A stretch of DNA of 51,339 bases from an uncultured Bacillales bacterium (lineage in GTDB: Bacteria > Bacillota_I > Bacilli_A > RFN20 > CAG-826), in contig CAMUVS010000006.1 in NCBI GenBank assembly GCA_947164155.1, forward strand, positions 1 to 51,339, read 5' to 3'. Shown here one piece after another: positions 50,366 to 51,339 of this stretch. The position numbers were made by a program, and so were the translations under genes. Under the pieces are notes generated by a model. That model saw only the letters and a list, made by a program, of their open reading frames with translations, searched no databases and was not told the origin of the DNA. Each line of letters starts with the position of its first letter. Positions within the stretch are counted from its first letter, which is position 1.

Positions 50366-51339
50366 TATTTCTTCTTCTCCTTTAGAAGTTGCCTTTGTAA
50401 GAAGGTAATAGAGCCTATGACAATAGTCATAAGTAACGCCACCGCACACGATAATCCCACATTACCGTATTTTTGGCCTTGGTTATACATATATAAACTT
50501 AAAGTGACACTACCAGGATAAACGCCTTGATCTAATAACATTGGTTGAATTAAAACACGACACGCTCCAATAAAAACAGTAATCAAAACAAATAACATTG
50601 TTGGTCTAAGTCCTGGAATAGTGACTGTTTTAAATCTTTGGAATGCATTAGCCCCATCCACTCTAGCGGCCTCATATAAATCTTTTCTAATATTTCCTAA
50701 AGCAGAAAGGAATATTAACATTTGATAGCCACATCCTTGCCAGGCAGAAATGGCAATCATCCAGCCTAAAATCTTATCGGTTCCTAAGAAATCTTGATTA
50801 GGGATTCCAAAATTAGCGAGGATAGAATTCATAATGCCATCCGGTCGATTAGCTAATACTTCCCTCCAGAAGAAAGCAGTAACTGATAAAGAAACCGCAA
50901 CTGGAGCAAAGAAACATACTTTAAAGATTGTTGTTCCTCTTCTTTTATTATTCACAAATAAAGCTAAACCTAAGGCTAAACCAATTTGAATTGGGACGAC
51001 AAAGACCACGAAGATTGCGGTATTTTTTATCGCATGATAGAAATCACCTTTAATTTGGAATTCACTTATTAAATCTCTAAAGTTACCAAATCCATCTCCA
51101 CCAGCAAGGCTAATGTTATTTGGATCACCAAGCGTGTAATTTGTAAAAGAAAAACCTAAAGAAGTAATAATCGGTAATAGCACTAAAAAGAACGCTAATA
51201 CCACACTAGGAGCAAGTAAAATGAAGGCCATAATTACTTCACCCTTATGGTATTTATAATGCGACTTTCTATTCTTTATAAAGTCTTTGATGAAAATAGC
51301 CAAGAAAATGACTATAAATGCAGCAAAAACATAAAGAGC
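50365..51339 (-). CDS. Carbohydrate ABC transporter permease (MalF-like), 5'-truncated by the window edge
   Basis: W...GY.MLIFLSAL; DLYEAARVDGAN.FQRF..VTIP; the frame stays open to position 51339. Confidence 0.92.
   Translation of the reverse strand, partial: ALYVFAAFIVIFLAIFIKDFIKNRKSHYKYHKGEVIMAFILLAPSVVLAFFLVLLPIITSLGFSFTNYTLGDPNNISLAGGDGFGNFRDLISEFQIKGDFYHAIKNTAIFVVFVVPIQIGLALGLALFVNNKRRGTTIFKVCFFAPVAVSLSVTAFFWREVLANRPDGIMNSILANFGIPNQDFLGTDKILGWMIAISAWQGCGYQMLIFLSALGNIRKDLYEAARVDGANAFQRFKTVTIPGLRPTMLFVLITVFIGACRVLIQPMLLDQGVYPGSVTLSLYMYNQGQKYGNVGLSCAVALLMTIVIGSITFLQRQLLKEKKK

Noticed and set aside
50366-50449. Extended N-terminus of the MalG-like permease
   Set aside because: It overlaps the upstream permease; the coupled ATG at 50365 has an SD (aaggag).

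Overview
AT-rich chromosomal window in genetic code 11 (TGG=Trp; TGA is used as a stop). Gene content and order suggest an anaerobic, gut/rumen-type Bacilli or Mollicutes-relative lineage (inference only). From left to right: preTA dihydropyrimidine dehydrogenase; a zinc-ribbon membrane protein and a pseudo-hydrolase/GT4 fusion; the S10-spc-alpha ribosomal superoperon (no rpmD or rpsD, several proteins with Lys/Ala/Glu/Pro tails); tgt-queA-queH with a prs homologue; pepT; a class III RNR with a fused redoxin domain, an atypical TrxB and nrdG; nucleotide salvage genes; several small toxin-antitoxin-like inserts; an ORF6N/KilA-N module with a degenerate tandem copy; and a fructan-utilisation locus cut off by the window edge. 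The most striking signal is that the variable segment of both ORF6N copies is encoded by a DNA palindrome centred at the same codon position, with compensatory base changes between the copies. Other notable signals are a repeated putative fructan-binding module, several apparently leaderless genes, and a KVEAPK motif shared by four 50S protein extensions. All family assignments come from motif recognition; no database search was run.
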